This document shows, one piece after another, positions 9,377-17,613 of a DNA stretch of 64,000 nucleotides. Under the pieces are notes generated by a model. It made no database searches. It was given only the letters and a program-made list of their open reading frames with translations, and had not been told where the DNA came from. The translations under genes and the position numbers were made by a program. Every line of letters starts with the position of its first letter. Position 1 is the first letter of the stretch. The stretch comes from Candidatus Rokuibacteriota bacterium. GTDB taxonomy: Bacteria; Methylomirabilota; Methylomirabilia; Rokubacteriales; CSP1-6. The DNA is taken from positions 608-64,607 of the forward strand of contig QHSO01000011.1 of NCBI GenBank assembly GCA_003220475.1, given 5' to 3'.

Positions 9377-9391
9377 GCAGGGTCGGTGCCA
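9377..9391 (-). promoter_or_regulatory. Sigma54-type promoter for the lipoprotein
   Basis: TGGCAC-N5-CTGC upstream of the RBS. Confidence 0.5.
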
Positions 9392-9430
9392 CCGCGCGAC
9401 GCAAAGCGCTCGCGAAAGCTGCGTCGCCAT

Positions 9431-9462
9431 ATAGTAGTGGCCGTGGATAGTAGTGGCCGTGG
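9431..9462. repeat. Perfect 16-bp tandem duplication at the DinB gene start
   Basis: ATAGTAGTGGCCGTGG at 9431-9446 and 9447-9462. Confidence 0.95.
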
Positions 9463-9962
9463 AGGTTCGTGATCGCCTCGCCGCGTGGGGCCGGCGTCCG
9501 CGCGCGGAGCGACTGGCGCGGTTGGCGACAACCGCCTCGGAGTTGCCGGCGCGTCTGGCGACCGCGCCGGCGACCGTCCTCACGCGCCGACCCGCGCCCG
9601 ACGCCTGGGCGCCGGTCGAGATCGTCTGCCACCTGCGCGATCTCGAAGAATCGTTCCACGAGCGGCTCGCACTCATCCTGACAACCGACGAGCCGCGATT
9701 CCCGACGACGAATCCCGATCGCTGGGCCGCGGAGCGCCAGTATCTGCGTCAGGACACACACGACGCCGCGCGCGCCTTCGCGCGCCGCCGCGCCGACACG
9801 CTGACGGTTCTACGCGGCGTCAACGATGAGGCGTGGACCCGCGCCGGATGGCAGCTCGATTCGCGCGGTCGGCGGACAGTCGACGACTTCCTCACGCTCA
9901 TCGCGTGGCACGACGACAACCACATCGAGCAGCTCGCGCGAGCGCTCGAAGGGCGGCGGTAA
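9453..9962 (+). CDS. DinB/YfiT-like metal-dependent protein
   Basis: W...EIVCHLRD.E and WHDDNHIEQL His motifs. Confidence 0.85.
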   Translation: MAVEVRDRLAAWGRRPRAERLARLATTASELPARLATAPATVLTRRPAPDAWAPVEIVCHLRDLEESFHERLALILTTDEPRFPTTNPDRWAAERQYLRQDTHDAARAFARRRADTLTVLRGVNDEAWTRAGWQLDSRGRRTVDDFLTLIAWHDDNHIEQLARALEGRR

Positions 9963-9964
9963 TT

Positions 9965-9996
9965 CGGAGCGCCCCGGCAAAAGCCGAGGCGCTCCG
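9965..9996. terminator. GC-rich hairpin between convergent genes
   Basis: CGGAGCGCC..GGC-AAAA-GCC..GGCGCTCCG inverted repeat. Confidence 0.55.
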
Positions 9997-10007
9997 AGGC
10001 CGTCCCG

Positions 10008-10448
10008 CTACGCGGCGCGGGCGTGGGGAACGGTCAGTCGATCGATGATCTCGACGTCGGGACGAAGCCGCGCGGCTTCCTCGCGCGCGACACGCAGCAC
10101 CGTATCGCGCATGGCCCCATCGGGAACCTCGCCGCTGAGCTCGATGATCGCCGGGCCGCGGCCCCACGTCGGCACGTTCGCCGTCGGCGTCAGGACGAGA
10201 CCCGCCAACCGCGCGTCACGCATCAGCGCGTCCGAGACCTGCGCCTGCAGATGCACGGCCTCCGCATCGCGCTTGCGCTTGCGATCGTAGAGCTTGACGG
10301 CGATGCCGACGATCACCAGCAGGCCGAGGATGACGAGGAATCCCAGCGCCGCCGAGCCACCGCTCGTCGTCGCCGGTGCGGCCGGCGCAAGGCCGGTGGC
10401 CGGCGCCGTGGCCGAACTTTGCGCCCAGGCAATGCCGAATGTCATCAC
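10008..10448 (-). CDS. Membrane-anchored protein with BON-like C-terminal domain
   Basis: One TM helix followed by QVSDAL..DARL...IELSGEVP...VEIIDRLTV, resembling a BON domain. Confidence 0.6.
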   Translation of the reverse strand: MMTFGIAWAQSSATAPATGLAPAAPATTSGGSAALGFLVILGLLVIVGIAVKLYDRKRKRDAEAVHLQAQVSDALMRDARLAGLVLTPTANVPTWGRGPAIIELSGEVPDGAMRDTVLRVAREEAARLRPDVEIIDRLTVPHARAA

Positions 10449-10479
10449 GGTGCACCCCCTTACGAGGGCCGGACATGCA

Positions 10480-10494
10480 GCAACCCGGGTGCCA
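10480..10494 (-). promoter_or_regulatory. Sigma54 promoter for the BON-like gene
   Basis: Consensus TGGCAC-N5-TTGC. Confidence 0.65.
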
Positions 10495-10504
10495 GAAGAC
10501 TCGT

Positions 10505-10519
10505 CGGCACGGCCTTTGC
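10505..10519 (+). promoter_or_regulatory. Sigma54 promoter for the HPF-like gene
   Basis: CGGCAC-N5-TTGC, back-to-back with the divergent sigma54 site. Confidence 0.55.
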
Positions 10520-10535
10520 GGCGAGATCACACATC

Positions 10536-10955
10536 ATGCGTGTCATCATCGAAGGCCTCGGCGAAGATCGGGCGTTGAGAACTCTGGTAAACGGAAAGAT
10601 CGCGGCGTCGCTCGGGCGGCTGCATGTGCCGGCCACCACGGCGCGCGTGCAGTTCAGCAACGAGACGAGCGCGAAGGGCGGGCCGACCGCGCGCTGCTCG
10701 ATCACCGTCGATCTGCCGCGGCGCCCCGAGCTGCATGCGGATGTCACGGGCGAAAGCACACGGCTCGCGTTCGAGCAGGCGTTCGCCATGCTCGAGCGCC
10801 AGATCGAGCGCGATCGCGAGCGGGGCCGCGAGGAGCGGCGGCGGCCCAAGAAGTATTACCTCGCGAAGCGACTGCTCGAGCCGGGCGCGTCCTCGCAGGA
10901 GCCGCCCGCGCGTCCCGTTACCAGCCGGCGGCTCCTCCGACGCCGGACCGCATAG
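10536..10955 (+). CDS. HPF/RaiA (ribosome hibernation, S30AE)-like protein
   Basis: RVQFSNE...KGG..ARCSITVDLP...AFEQAF..LERQI pattern of HPF-like proteins. Confidence 0.65.
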   Translation: MRVIIEGLGEDRALRTLVNGKIAASLGRLHVPATTARVQFSNETSAKGGPTARCSITVDLPRRPELHADVTGESTRLAFEQAFAMLERQIERDRERGREERRRPKKYYLAKRLLEPGASSQEPPARPVTSRRLLRRRTA

Positions 10956-11030
10956 GCGCTTCGCGCGTGTAGATCCTGCGATCGTTTACGACGTCCTGCG
11001 GCTCGCACTGCCGGTGCTACACTCCGGCGC

Positions 11031-12083
11031 ATGATGAGACGGATCGCAGTCCTCGGTGCGGGCGCCATCGGCTCGGTGGTCGGCGGGATGCTCACCAAGG
11101 CGGGTCACGACGTGACCCTCGTCGATCAATGGCCCGAGCACGTGCAGGCGATGAAGACCATCGGCCTGCGACTCTCGGGCACGTGCGGCGAGCACGTCGT
11201 GCCGGTGCGCGCGCTGCATCTGCACGAGCTGCAGTCCGTGGACGCGACGTTCGACGCCGTGTTCCTCGCCGTCAAGAGCTATGACACCGACTGGGCCGCG
11301 CAGCTGGCCGCGCAGTATCTCGAGCCGCGCGACGGCGTCGTCGTCGATTTCCAGAATGGGATCAACGACGAGCGGGTGGCCGCGATCGTCGGCCGCGAGC
11401 GCACGCTCGGCTGCGTCATCGCGATCAGCGCCGGGATATACGAGGCCGGTCACGCGATCCGTACCGACACGGGAGTGGTCGGCTTCTACGTCGGCGAGCT
11501 GGACGGCCGCGACACGCCGCGTGCGCAAGAGTTGGCGCGTGTGCTCGGCGCCGTGGCGCCGACGAAGGTGACCACGAACCTCTGGGGGCAGCGCTGGTCC
11601 AAGCTCGCCGTCAACTGCATGGGCAACGCGCTCGCCGGGCTCTCCGGACTCGGATCCGCCGAGCTGCGGCTCGAGCCGGGACCGCGGCGCGTGTCGATCC
11701 AGCTCGGCGCCGAGGTCGTCCGCGTCGGCCGCGCGCACGGCCACACGATCGAGCCGCTCATCGGCGGCATCGACGCGCAGCGGATCGTGGACGCGGCCGA
11801 AGGCCGTGGCCTCGCCGAGGTTGAGGCCGACCTCGCCGCGGAGGCCAAGCGCCGCACCGGCGGGCGGCCGTCCCTGCTGCAAGACGTCATCAAGCGACGC
11901 CGCACCGAGGTCGATTTCCTGAACGGCCACGTCTCGGCCGAAGGCCGGACGAAGGCCGTGCCCACGCCGTTCAACGACGCGATCGTCGCCGCCGTGCACG
12001 CGCATCCGGTCGGACAGCTCACGCCCAGTCCCAAGCACCTCGAGCCGCTCATCGCCATGCTGCCACCGGCGCAGCGTCCGTGA
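11031..12083 (+). CDS. Ketopantoate reductase family protein
   Basis: GAGAIG Rossmann motif, AVKSYD, QNG, WSKL.VN, SLLQD...RRTEVDFLNG. Confidence 0.9.
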   Translation: MMRRIAVLGAGAIGSVVGGMLTKAGHDVTLVDQWPEHVQAMKTIGLRLSGTCGEHVVPVRALHLHELQSVDATFDAVFLAVKSYDTDWAAQLAAQYLEPRDGVVVDFQNGINDERVAAIVGRERTLGCVIAISAGIYEAGHAIRTDTGVVGFYVGELDGRDTPRAQELARVLGAVAPTKVTTNLWGQRWSKLAVNCMGNALAGLSGLGSAELRLEPGPRRVSIQLGAEVVRVGRAHGHTIEPLIGGIDAQRIVDAAEGRGLAEVEADLAAEAKRRTGGRPSLLQDVIKRRRTEVDFLNGHVSAEGRTKAVPTPFNDAIVAAVHAHPVGQLTPSPKHLEPLIAMLPPAQRP

Positions 12084-12328
12084 GCGCGACGCAGACGCGC
12101 GTGAACGTCGAAATCCGTCGCTGACTCTTCTGAGGCGATCTTCGCCGGGAGGCCGTGCGCCTCCGCGAGGAGCTGGCCCGCGAGGGCATCACCGCGCCGA
12201 TCCGCCTCGGCGGACTCGGTGAGCTGACGGTGAAGGTCGACGGTCGCGCGGTCTTTTCCTACAAGCAGGCCGGCCGTGTGCCGCAGGCGGGGGAGGTCGC
12301 GCGACTGGTGAAGGAGACGAGCCGATGA
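12080..12328 (+). CDS. SelW/Rdx-like selenoprotein with UxxU motif (82 aa), absent from the ORF track
   Basis: GTG overlaps the upstream stop (GTGA) and its stop overlaps the downstream ATG (ATGA); reads VNVEIRR-TGA-LF-TGA-GDLRREAVRLREEL...GELTVKVDGRAVFSYKQAGRVP...EV, the Rdx fold pattern. Confidence 0.82.
12142..12168 (+). promoter_or_regulatory. Putative SECIS hairpin of the UxxU protein
   Basis: TCGC-cg-GGAGGC-CGTGC-GCCTCC-GCGA; loop 20 nt after the second TGA and 29 nt after the first. Confidence 0.55.
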
Positions 12329-13182
12329 CGACGCTGACGCTGGGCGGCGTGAGCCTCACGCGCGTGATCGAGATCGGGCGTTCGTCGTTTCCGACGACGT
12401 CGATGCTGCCGGAGTCGACGCCAGAGGCGGTCGCCCGACATCACGGATGGCTCAAGCCTCATTTCTGGGACGAGGCGACGGACGATCTCGGCTCGTGCAT
12501 CGGCACCTGGATCGTGCGCACGCCCGAACACCTGGTGCTGATCGACACGGGCGTGGGCAACGACAAGCCGCGCGAGAGCAATCCGATCTGGCATCGTCGC
12601 GCCGGCACCTTCCTCGACGATCTCGCCGCCGCCGGCGTCAGGCCCGAGCAGGTGGACTACGTCGTGATCACGCACATGCATGTGGATCATGTCGGCTGGA
12701 ACACGCGGCTGGTGAATGGCGTGTGGGTCCCGACCTTCCCGAACGCGCGCTATGTGTTCGCCGGCGAGGAGTGGGATTTCTGGAAGCACGAGAGCGAGCG
12801 CGGCGCCGACGAGTACGGGTGTATCGACGACAGCGTGCTGCCGATCGTCGCCGCCGGCCAGGCCCAGCTGGTCGACGCGACGCATCGCATCGACGACTGG
12901 CTGAAATTCGAGCCGTCGGCCGGCCACACGCCCGGCCACGCATCGGTACGACTGACCACGAGCGCGGGCGACGCCGTGTTTTCCGGCGACCTCATGCATC
13001 GGGTGGTGCAGGTGGCCGAGCCGCAGTGGTCGAGCCGCTTCTGCTACGACGGCAAGCAGGCCGCGGTCACGCGCCGCGAGTTCGTCGAGCGCCACGCCGA
13101 CACCGGCACGCTCATCCTGGCCGCACACTTCCCGCGGCCGGGGCTGATCGTGCGCGAACGAGAGGGTCTCCGGTTTAGGTAA
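12325..13182 (+). CDS. MBL-fold metallo-hydrolase
   Basis: LIDTG, THMHVDHVGWN, GHTPGH, SGDLMH, AHF. Confidence 0.93.
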   Translation: MTTLTLGGVSLTRVIEIGRSSFPTTSMLPESTPEAVARHHGWLKPHFWDEATDDLGSCIGTWIVRTPEHLVLIDTGVGNDKPRESNPIWHRRAGTFLDDLAAAGVRPEQVDYVVITHMHVDHVGWNTRLVNGVWVPTFPNARYVFAGEEWDFWKHESERGADEYGCIDDSVLPIVAAGQAQLVDATHRIDDWLKFEPSAGHTPGHASVRLTTSAGDAVFSGDLMHRVVQVAEPQWSSRFCYDGKQAAVTRREFVERHADTGTLILAAHFPRPGLIVREREGLRFR

Positions 13183-13192
13183 GGTGGTCGAG

Positions 13193-13234
13193 GAGCGTGG
13201 GGGGTTGGGGGGCCATGTCGGGGCCCCCCATTTT
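13193..13234 (+). repeat. G-rich REP-like palindrome, copy 1
   Basis: GAGCGTGGGGGGTTGGGGGGCC-ATGTC-GGGGCCCCCCA; similar to 47921 and 34955. Confidence 0.75.
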
Positions 13235-13425
13235 CAACAGACCAGCTCGACGCTCGTGACGCGGATCTTGCCCTCGGCGGCGAGCATCAGCAGCACCGAC
13301 GTGGCTCCGGCGGGAGAGAGGTTGAGCCGGCGCGCCAGGTCACCCGTCGAGATCGGTCCCTCACGCAAGCACGTCAGGACCTGATCGTCGAGCTCGCTCC
13401 ACCACCCGTTCTCCGCCGTCGTCAT
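13234..13425 (-). CDS. Small winged-helix/HTH protein (63 aa)
   Basis: GGAGG RBS; VLTCLREGPISTGDLARRLNLS...LLMLAAEGKI. Confidence 0.7.
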   Translation of the reverse strand: MTTAENGWWSELDDQVLTCLREGPISTGDLARRLNLSPAGATSVLLMLAAEGKIRVTSVELVC

Positions 13426-13452
13426 GCTGGCCTCCGCAGCGGCGCGGAGATC

Positions 13453-13467
13453 GCAAGGACGATGCCA
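13453..13467 (-). promoter_or_regulatory. Sigma54 promoter for the small HTH gene
   Basis: TGGCAT-N5-TTGC upstream of the RBS. Confidence 0.6.
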
Positions 13468-13572
13468 GACGCCAATGGCGCGTGTTCACGCGCATGTCGT
13501 GTCGAGGGACATTACGCAGCTGCGTAGCGTACAGGCGGCGAAACGCTCGATGCCCGTGCGCTGGGCACGCGC

Positions 13573-14487
13573 TCAGCGCCGACGCACAAGCGCGATCAAC
13601 CGCCGCAGCGCGCGTCGCCAGCGCGCGAACACGGACGTGTCGGTTGCGACGCTGACACCTGCGGTGGGAGCGAACTGTCGGGAAACCGACGTGGCGAAGG
13701 CGGCGATGGCGCGGCTGACGACACCAGGTGCCTCGATCAGGAGCATGTGGCCGGCGCCGTCGACGATTTCGAGCCGCGAGCCGGCGATCATCGCGTGCAG
13801 ATCGCGCGACAAGGCCGGTGGCGTGACGCGATCGCGACTGCCGCAGAGAAGCAGCGTCGGCACTCGCACGTCGGCGGCGGTGGCGGTGAGATCCATCTCG
13901 CGCGCGATGGCGACGTCGGCGGCAAGCGTCCGTGGTCGGCACGCGCGCAGCTCCTGCATGCCGAGCGCGACCGCCGCCGGTGAGGCGCCGGCCGCGAACA
14001 GAACGTTCTTCGCGGTCACGAAGAAGAGCGCGCGCCGCACCGCCGCCGGCAGCGATCCCCAGATCCATTGGGCCGAGGTCGAGACTTGCGGCAGGCGCGC
14101 ACACGAGGACACCAGCACGAGGCCGCACACCTCGGCCGGGCGTCGCGCTGCGAGCGCGAGCGCCACGGCGCCGCCCAGCGAATGGCCGATCGCGATCGCC
14201 GGCCATGCCCCGAGCGCGTCGATGAGCGCGGCGGTGACGTCGGCGTAGTGAGCGAGGTCCGGCGTCGCGGCGTCCTCGGATTCGCCGTGACCCGGCAAGT
14301 CCAGCGCGAGCACGCGGGCGGTGCCCGCGAGCGCACGGAGCTGATCGGTCCAGTACCGCGCGCTCACCCCCGAGCCGTGCAGGAATACGAGCGTCGGCGC
14401 GGCGTGGCTGCCATCGTTGCACAAGTACGAGACACGCTGTCCCTCGACGGTCAGCGAATTGCGGTGGATCCGGTCATGGCTCGGCAT
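13573..14487 (-). CDS. Alpha/beta hydrolase
   Basis: FLHG, DLPGHGES, GHSLGG, G..D, GAGH; start 14487 or 14505. Confidence 0.9.
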   Translation of the reverse strand: MPSHDRIHRNSLTVEGQRVSYLCNDGSHAAPTLVFLHGSGVSARYWTDQLRALAGTARVLALDLPGHGESEDAATPDLAHYADVTAALIDALGAWPAIAIGHSLGGAVALALAARRPAEVCGLVLVSSCARLPQVSTSAQWIWGSLPAAVRRALFFVTAKNVLFAAGASPAAVALGMQELRACRPRTLAADVAIAREMDLTATAADVRVPTLLLCGSRDRVTPPALSRDLHAMIAGSRLEIVDGAGHMLLIEAPGVVSRAIAAFATSVSRQFAPTAGVSVATDTSVFARWRRALRRLIALVRRR

Positions 14488-14585
14488 GCGCCAGAGTGCA
14501 AGCACGAGGCGCGCCAGACGCGACGCCGCGCCGTCGAATCAGCAGGTGTTCGGCGCCTGACGCCCTGGCATTCGCCGACTGACGT

Positions 14586-15356
14586 CTATTCGTCGCCGGC
14601 CGGAGCGAGCCACGGACATACGAGCCGCTCGACCAGCGAGACGGCGCCGAAGAGCAGGATCGCCATCAGCGAGAGCAGGATCATCGAGCTGAACGCGAGC
14701 TCGGTCTTCCAGTAGGACGTGGCCGAGAGGATGACGTAGCCGAGGCCCTTGTCCGAGCCGACGAACTCGCCCACGACCGCGCCGATGACCGCGAGGGTGA
14801 TCGCGACCTTCGCGCCGGCGAACATGAACGGCATCGCCATGGGCAGCCGCACCTTCACGAACGTCTTGAACGCGCTCGCGCGGTACGAGCGGCTCAGATC
14901 GAGCAGCTCGGGCGGCGTGGCGGCCAGTCCGGTCGCCGTGTCGACGACGACGGGGAAAAAGGCGACGAGGAACGCGACGACCACCTTCGGGATCGCACCG
15001 TAGCCCAGCACCAGCAGCAGCACGGGCGCGATGGCGATTTTGGGCACGGATTGAGCGAGCACGATCAGCGGATAGAGCGCGCTGCGGAGCACCGGCGAGT
15101 AGACGATGAGGACAGCGAGCGGCACGCCGACGGCGATCGAGAGCGCGAAGCCGCCGAGCGTCTCGTAGAGTGTGACCCACGCGTGCCCGAGAAAACGATA
15201 CCGCCAGTCCCAGCCCTCGACGACGATCGCGGACGGTGCGGGCATGACGAAGCGCGGGACGTGGAAGACGCGCGTGGCCGCCTCCCACACGAGCAGCGCG
15301 CCGACCAGCGTCACCGCCGGGACGAGCCACTCGCCGACCACGCGGCGGCGGATCAT
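14586..15356 (-). CDS. ABC transporter permease (SsuC/TauC/NitT type)
   Basis: PKIAIAP, KVRLP.AMP, GAVVGEF...GLGY motifs. Confidence 0.92.
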   Translation of the reverse strand: MIRRRVVGEWLVPAVTLVGALLVWEAATRVFHVPRFVMPAPSAIVVEGWDWRYRFLGHAWVTLYETLGGFALSIAVGVPLAVLIVYSPVLRSALYPLIVLAQSVPKIAIAPVLLLVLGYGAIPKVVVAFLVAFFPVVVDTATGLAATPPELLDLSRSYRASAFKTFVKVRLPMAMPFMFAGAKVAITLAVIGAVVGEFVGSDKGLGYVILSATSYWKTELAFSSMILLSLMAILLFGAVSLVERLVCPWLAPAGDE

Positions 15357-16117
15357 CGCTCGGCGCGGCGCGTGAAGATCAGCGCGCGCACCTCGTCGCT
15401 CGCGGCCTTGAACCGCGGATCGAACTCCGTTTCGATCGTGCGCGGGCGCGGCAGGTGCACGTCGAGGATGCGCGCGACGCGGCCGGGCCGCGGCGTCATC
15501 ACTACCACGCGGTCGGCCAGCAGGATCGCCTCGGGGATGGAATGCGTGACGAACAGAATCGTCTTGCGTCGCTCCTCCCAGATGCGGAGTAGCTCCAGGC
15601 TCATCTCCTCGCGCGTCATCGCGTCGAGCGCGCCGAAGGGCTCGTCCATCAGCAGGAGGCTCGGATCGGGCAACAACGCGCGGCAGATCGCCACGCGCTG
15701 CTGCATACCGCCCGACAGCTCGCGTGGATACTTCGTCTCGAAGCCGCTCAGCCCGGTCAGCTCGAGGAGGTCGAGCGCTGGCTTACGGTACTGGCGCGGC
15801 TCGAGGCCCAGCATCTCCACGGAAAAGAGCACGTTGTCGAGGACGGAGCGCCAGGGCAGCAGCACGGGCTGCTGAAAGACGAAGCCGACGTCGCCAAACG
15901 GCTCGCGCACCGGCTCGTCGCGAATCGTGATCGTCCCGCGTGTGGCCGGCGTGAGCCCCGCCACGAGCTTCAGCAGCGTGCTCTTGCCGCATCCGCTCGG
16001 GCCGACGAGCGTCACGAACTCGTTGTTCTGGACGTGCAAGGTCACGTCCTCGACGGCGCGCACGAGATCGCCGCGACGCGTGCGGTAGGTCTTCCCGACC
16101 GCGTCGAGCCGGATCAC
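15353..16117 (-). CDS. ABC transporter ATP-binding protein (SsuB/TauB type)
   Basis: GPSGCGKST, LSGGMQQR, LLMDEPFGALD; GTG start coupled to the upstream stop. Confidence 0.93.
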   Translation of the reverse strand: MIRLDAVGKTYRTRRGDLVRAVEDVTLHVQNNEFVTLVGPSGCGKSTLLKLVAGLTPATRGTITIRDEPVREPFGDVGFVFQQPVLLPWRSVLDNVLFSVEMLGLEPRQYRKPALDLLELTGLSGFETKYPRELSGGMQQRVAICRALLPDPSLLLMDEPFGALDAMTREEMSLELLRIWEERRKTILFVTHSIPEAILLADRVVVMTPRPGRVARILDVHLPRPRTIETEFDPRFKAASDEVRALIFTRRAER

Positions 16118-17613
16118 GACCGCGCGGGCGCGGCGTACCGGTCGAACGGCAACGGCGTGGCCACCGCCGCGCGGCACGCCGCGGCGACGTACGGCGCCAG
16201 CCGCGCGGCGAGCGCTCGCGACTCGCCGGAGGCGCGATGCTGGCGCTCGGCGGCCTCCTGCGCCTGCGCGTAAATGCGCGCCTCGTCCACCGTGGTCACA
16301 CGTCCGCCCTCGACGACGACGCGGCCGCCGACCAGCACGGTGTCCACGCTCGCGCCCGTCTCCGCGTAGACGAGCGCATTGACGGGATCGGCGAGCGGAC
16401 GCAAGAACACCGAGTCGGCGCGCAGCAGCACGAGGTCGGCCTTGCGGCCCGGCGCGATGGCGCCGAGATCGGCCGCCTGACCGAGCACGCGCGCGCTGCC
16501 GGACGTCGCGAGCTGCCAGACCGTTGGCGCGTCGAGCCACCGCCCGGTCTCGTGCGGAAAGCGGATGGTGCTGACCACCGACGCGATGCGCAGCGCCTCG
16601 AAGAGATTCTGGTTGTCGGCGCACACCGAGCCGTCCGTGCCGAGCCCCACGGCCACGCCGCGATCCAGCAGCTCGCGCACGGGCGCGATACCGCAGCCCA
16701 GGCGCAGGTTGCTGCCGGGGTTGTGCGCGATCGCGCCCCCGGCATCGGCAAGCATCTTCATGTCCTCGTCGGACAGCCACACGCCGTGCGCGCCGACGAA
16801 GCCGGGACCGAGGAGCCCGTGCGCCGCGAGTCGCGCGACGATGCTCTTCCCCCAGCGCCGCCGGCTCTCGATGACCTGCACCTTGGACTCGGCCAGGTGC
16901 GTGTGCACGCCGACGCCGTACTCGCTCACCAGCCGACGACACCCATCGAGGAACTCGTCGGTCGCCTGGTTGGGGATCGTCGGCGCCACCGCGACGCGCA
17001 CGCGGCCCTCGGCCGCAGAGTGGAAGCGCCGAATCATCCGCTCCGTCAGCTCGAGCAGCCCTTTGGTCGGCGCCGGGCGGATCGCCTCGACGCTCGCGCG
17101 CAGATCGTCGGGCAGCAGCGAGAGCAGTCCCGGCACCGTCTCGTAGAAGACGACGTCGGCCACCGCGGGCGCGAGCACCACGCGCACGCCGACGTCGGTG
17201 TACGCGCGCACCGTCGCCTCGAACGCCTCGTCGGTGATCGCCGGCACGGCCATGTAGAGGTCGTACGCCGAGGTGCAGCCGGTTTTGAGCATTTCGATGG
17301 CGCCGATGGCCGCCGACAGGTAGTCGTCCTCGGGCGTCCGGAAGCCGTAGTTCGCCGGCGCGTTGGTCAGAAGATCCTCGAGCGTCCAGTTGCCGGCGCG
17401 CCCGCGCGCGAGGTGACTCGCGGCGTGCGTGTGAGCGTTGCCGAGCCCCGGCAACAGAATGCGGCCCGTCGCATCGAGCACGCGCGCGTCGGCCGGCGCG
17501 GCGAGTGCCGGGCCCACGGCGGCAACGCGATCGCCGTCGATCAGCACATCGGCGCGTGAGAGCGCGGCCGGCGAGCCCGCGAGGACCTGCGCACCGCGAA
17601 TCAGGACCGTCAT
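16114..17613 (-). CDS. Amidohydrolase family protein (AtzA/TrzA/deaminase-like)
   Basis: PGLGNAHTH, HTHLAES, AHGVW, HNPGSNLRLG, GLGTDG, GRKADLV. Confidence 0.9.
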   Translation of the reverse strand: MTVLIRGAQVLAGSPAALSRADVLIDGDRVAAVGPALAAPADARVLDATGRILLPGLGNAHTHAASHLARGRAGNWTLEDLLTNAPANYGFRTPEDDYLSAAIGAIEMLKTGCTSAYDLYMAVPAITDEAFEATVRAYTDVGVRVVLAPAVADVVFYETVPGLLSLLPDDLRASVEAIRPAPTKGLLELTERMIRRFHSAAEGRVRVAVAPTIPNQATDEFLDGCRRLVSEYGVGVHTHLAESKVQVIESRRRWGKSIVARLAAHGLLGPGFVGAHGVWLSDEDMKMLADAGGAIAHNPGSNLRLGCGIAPVRELLDRGVAVGLGTDGSVCADNQNLFEALRIASVVSTIRFPHETGRWLDAPTVWQLATSGSARVLGQAADLGAIAPGRKADLVLLRADSVFLRPLADPVNALVYAETGASVDTVLVGGRVVVEGGRVTTVDEARIYAQAQEAAERQHRASGESRALAARLAPYVAAACRAAVATPLPFDRYAAPARS

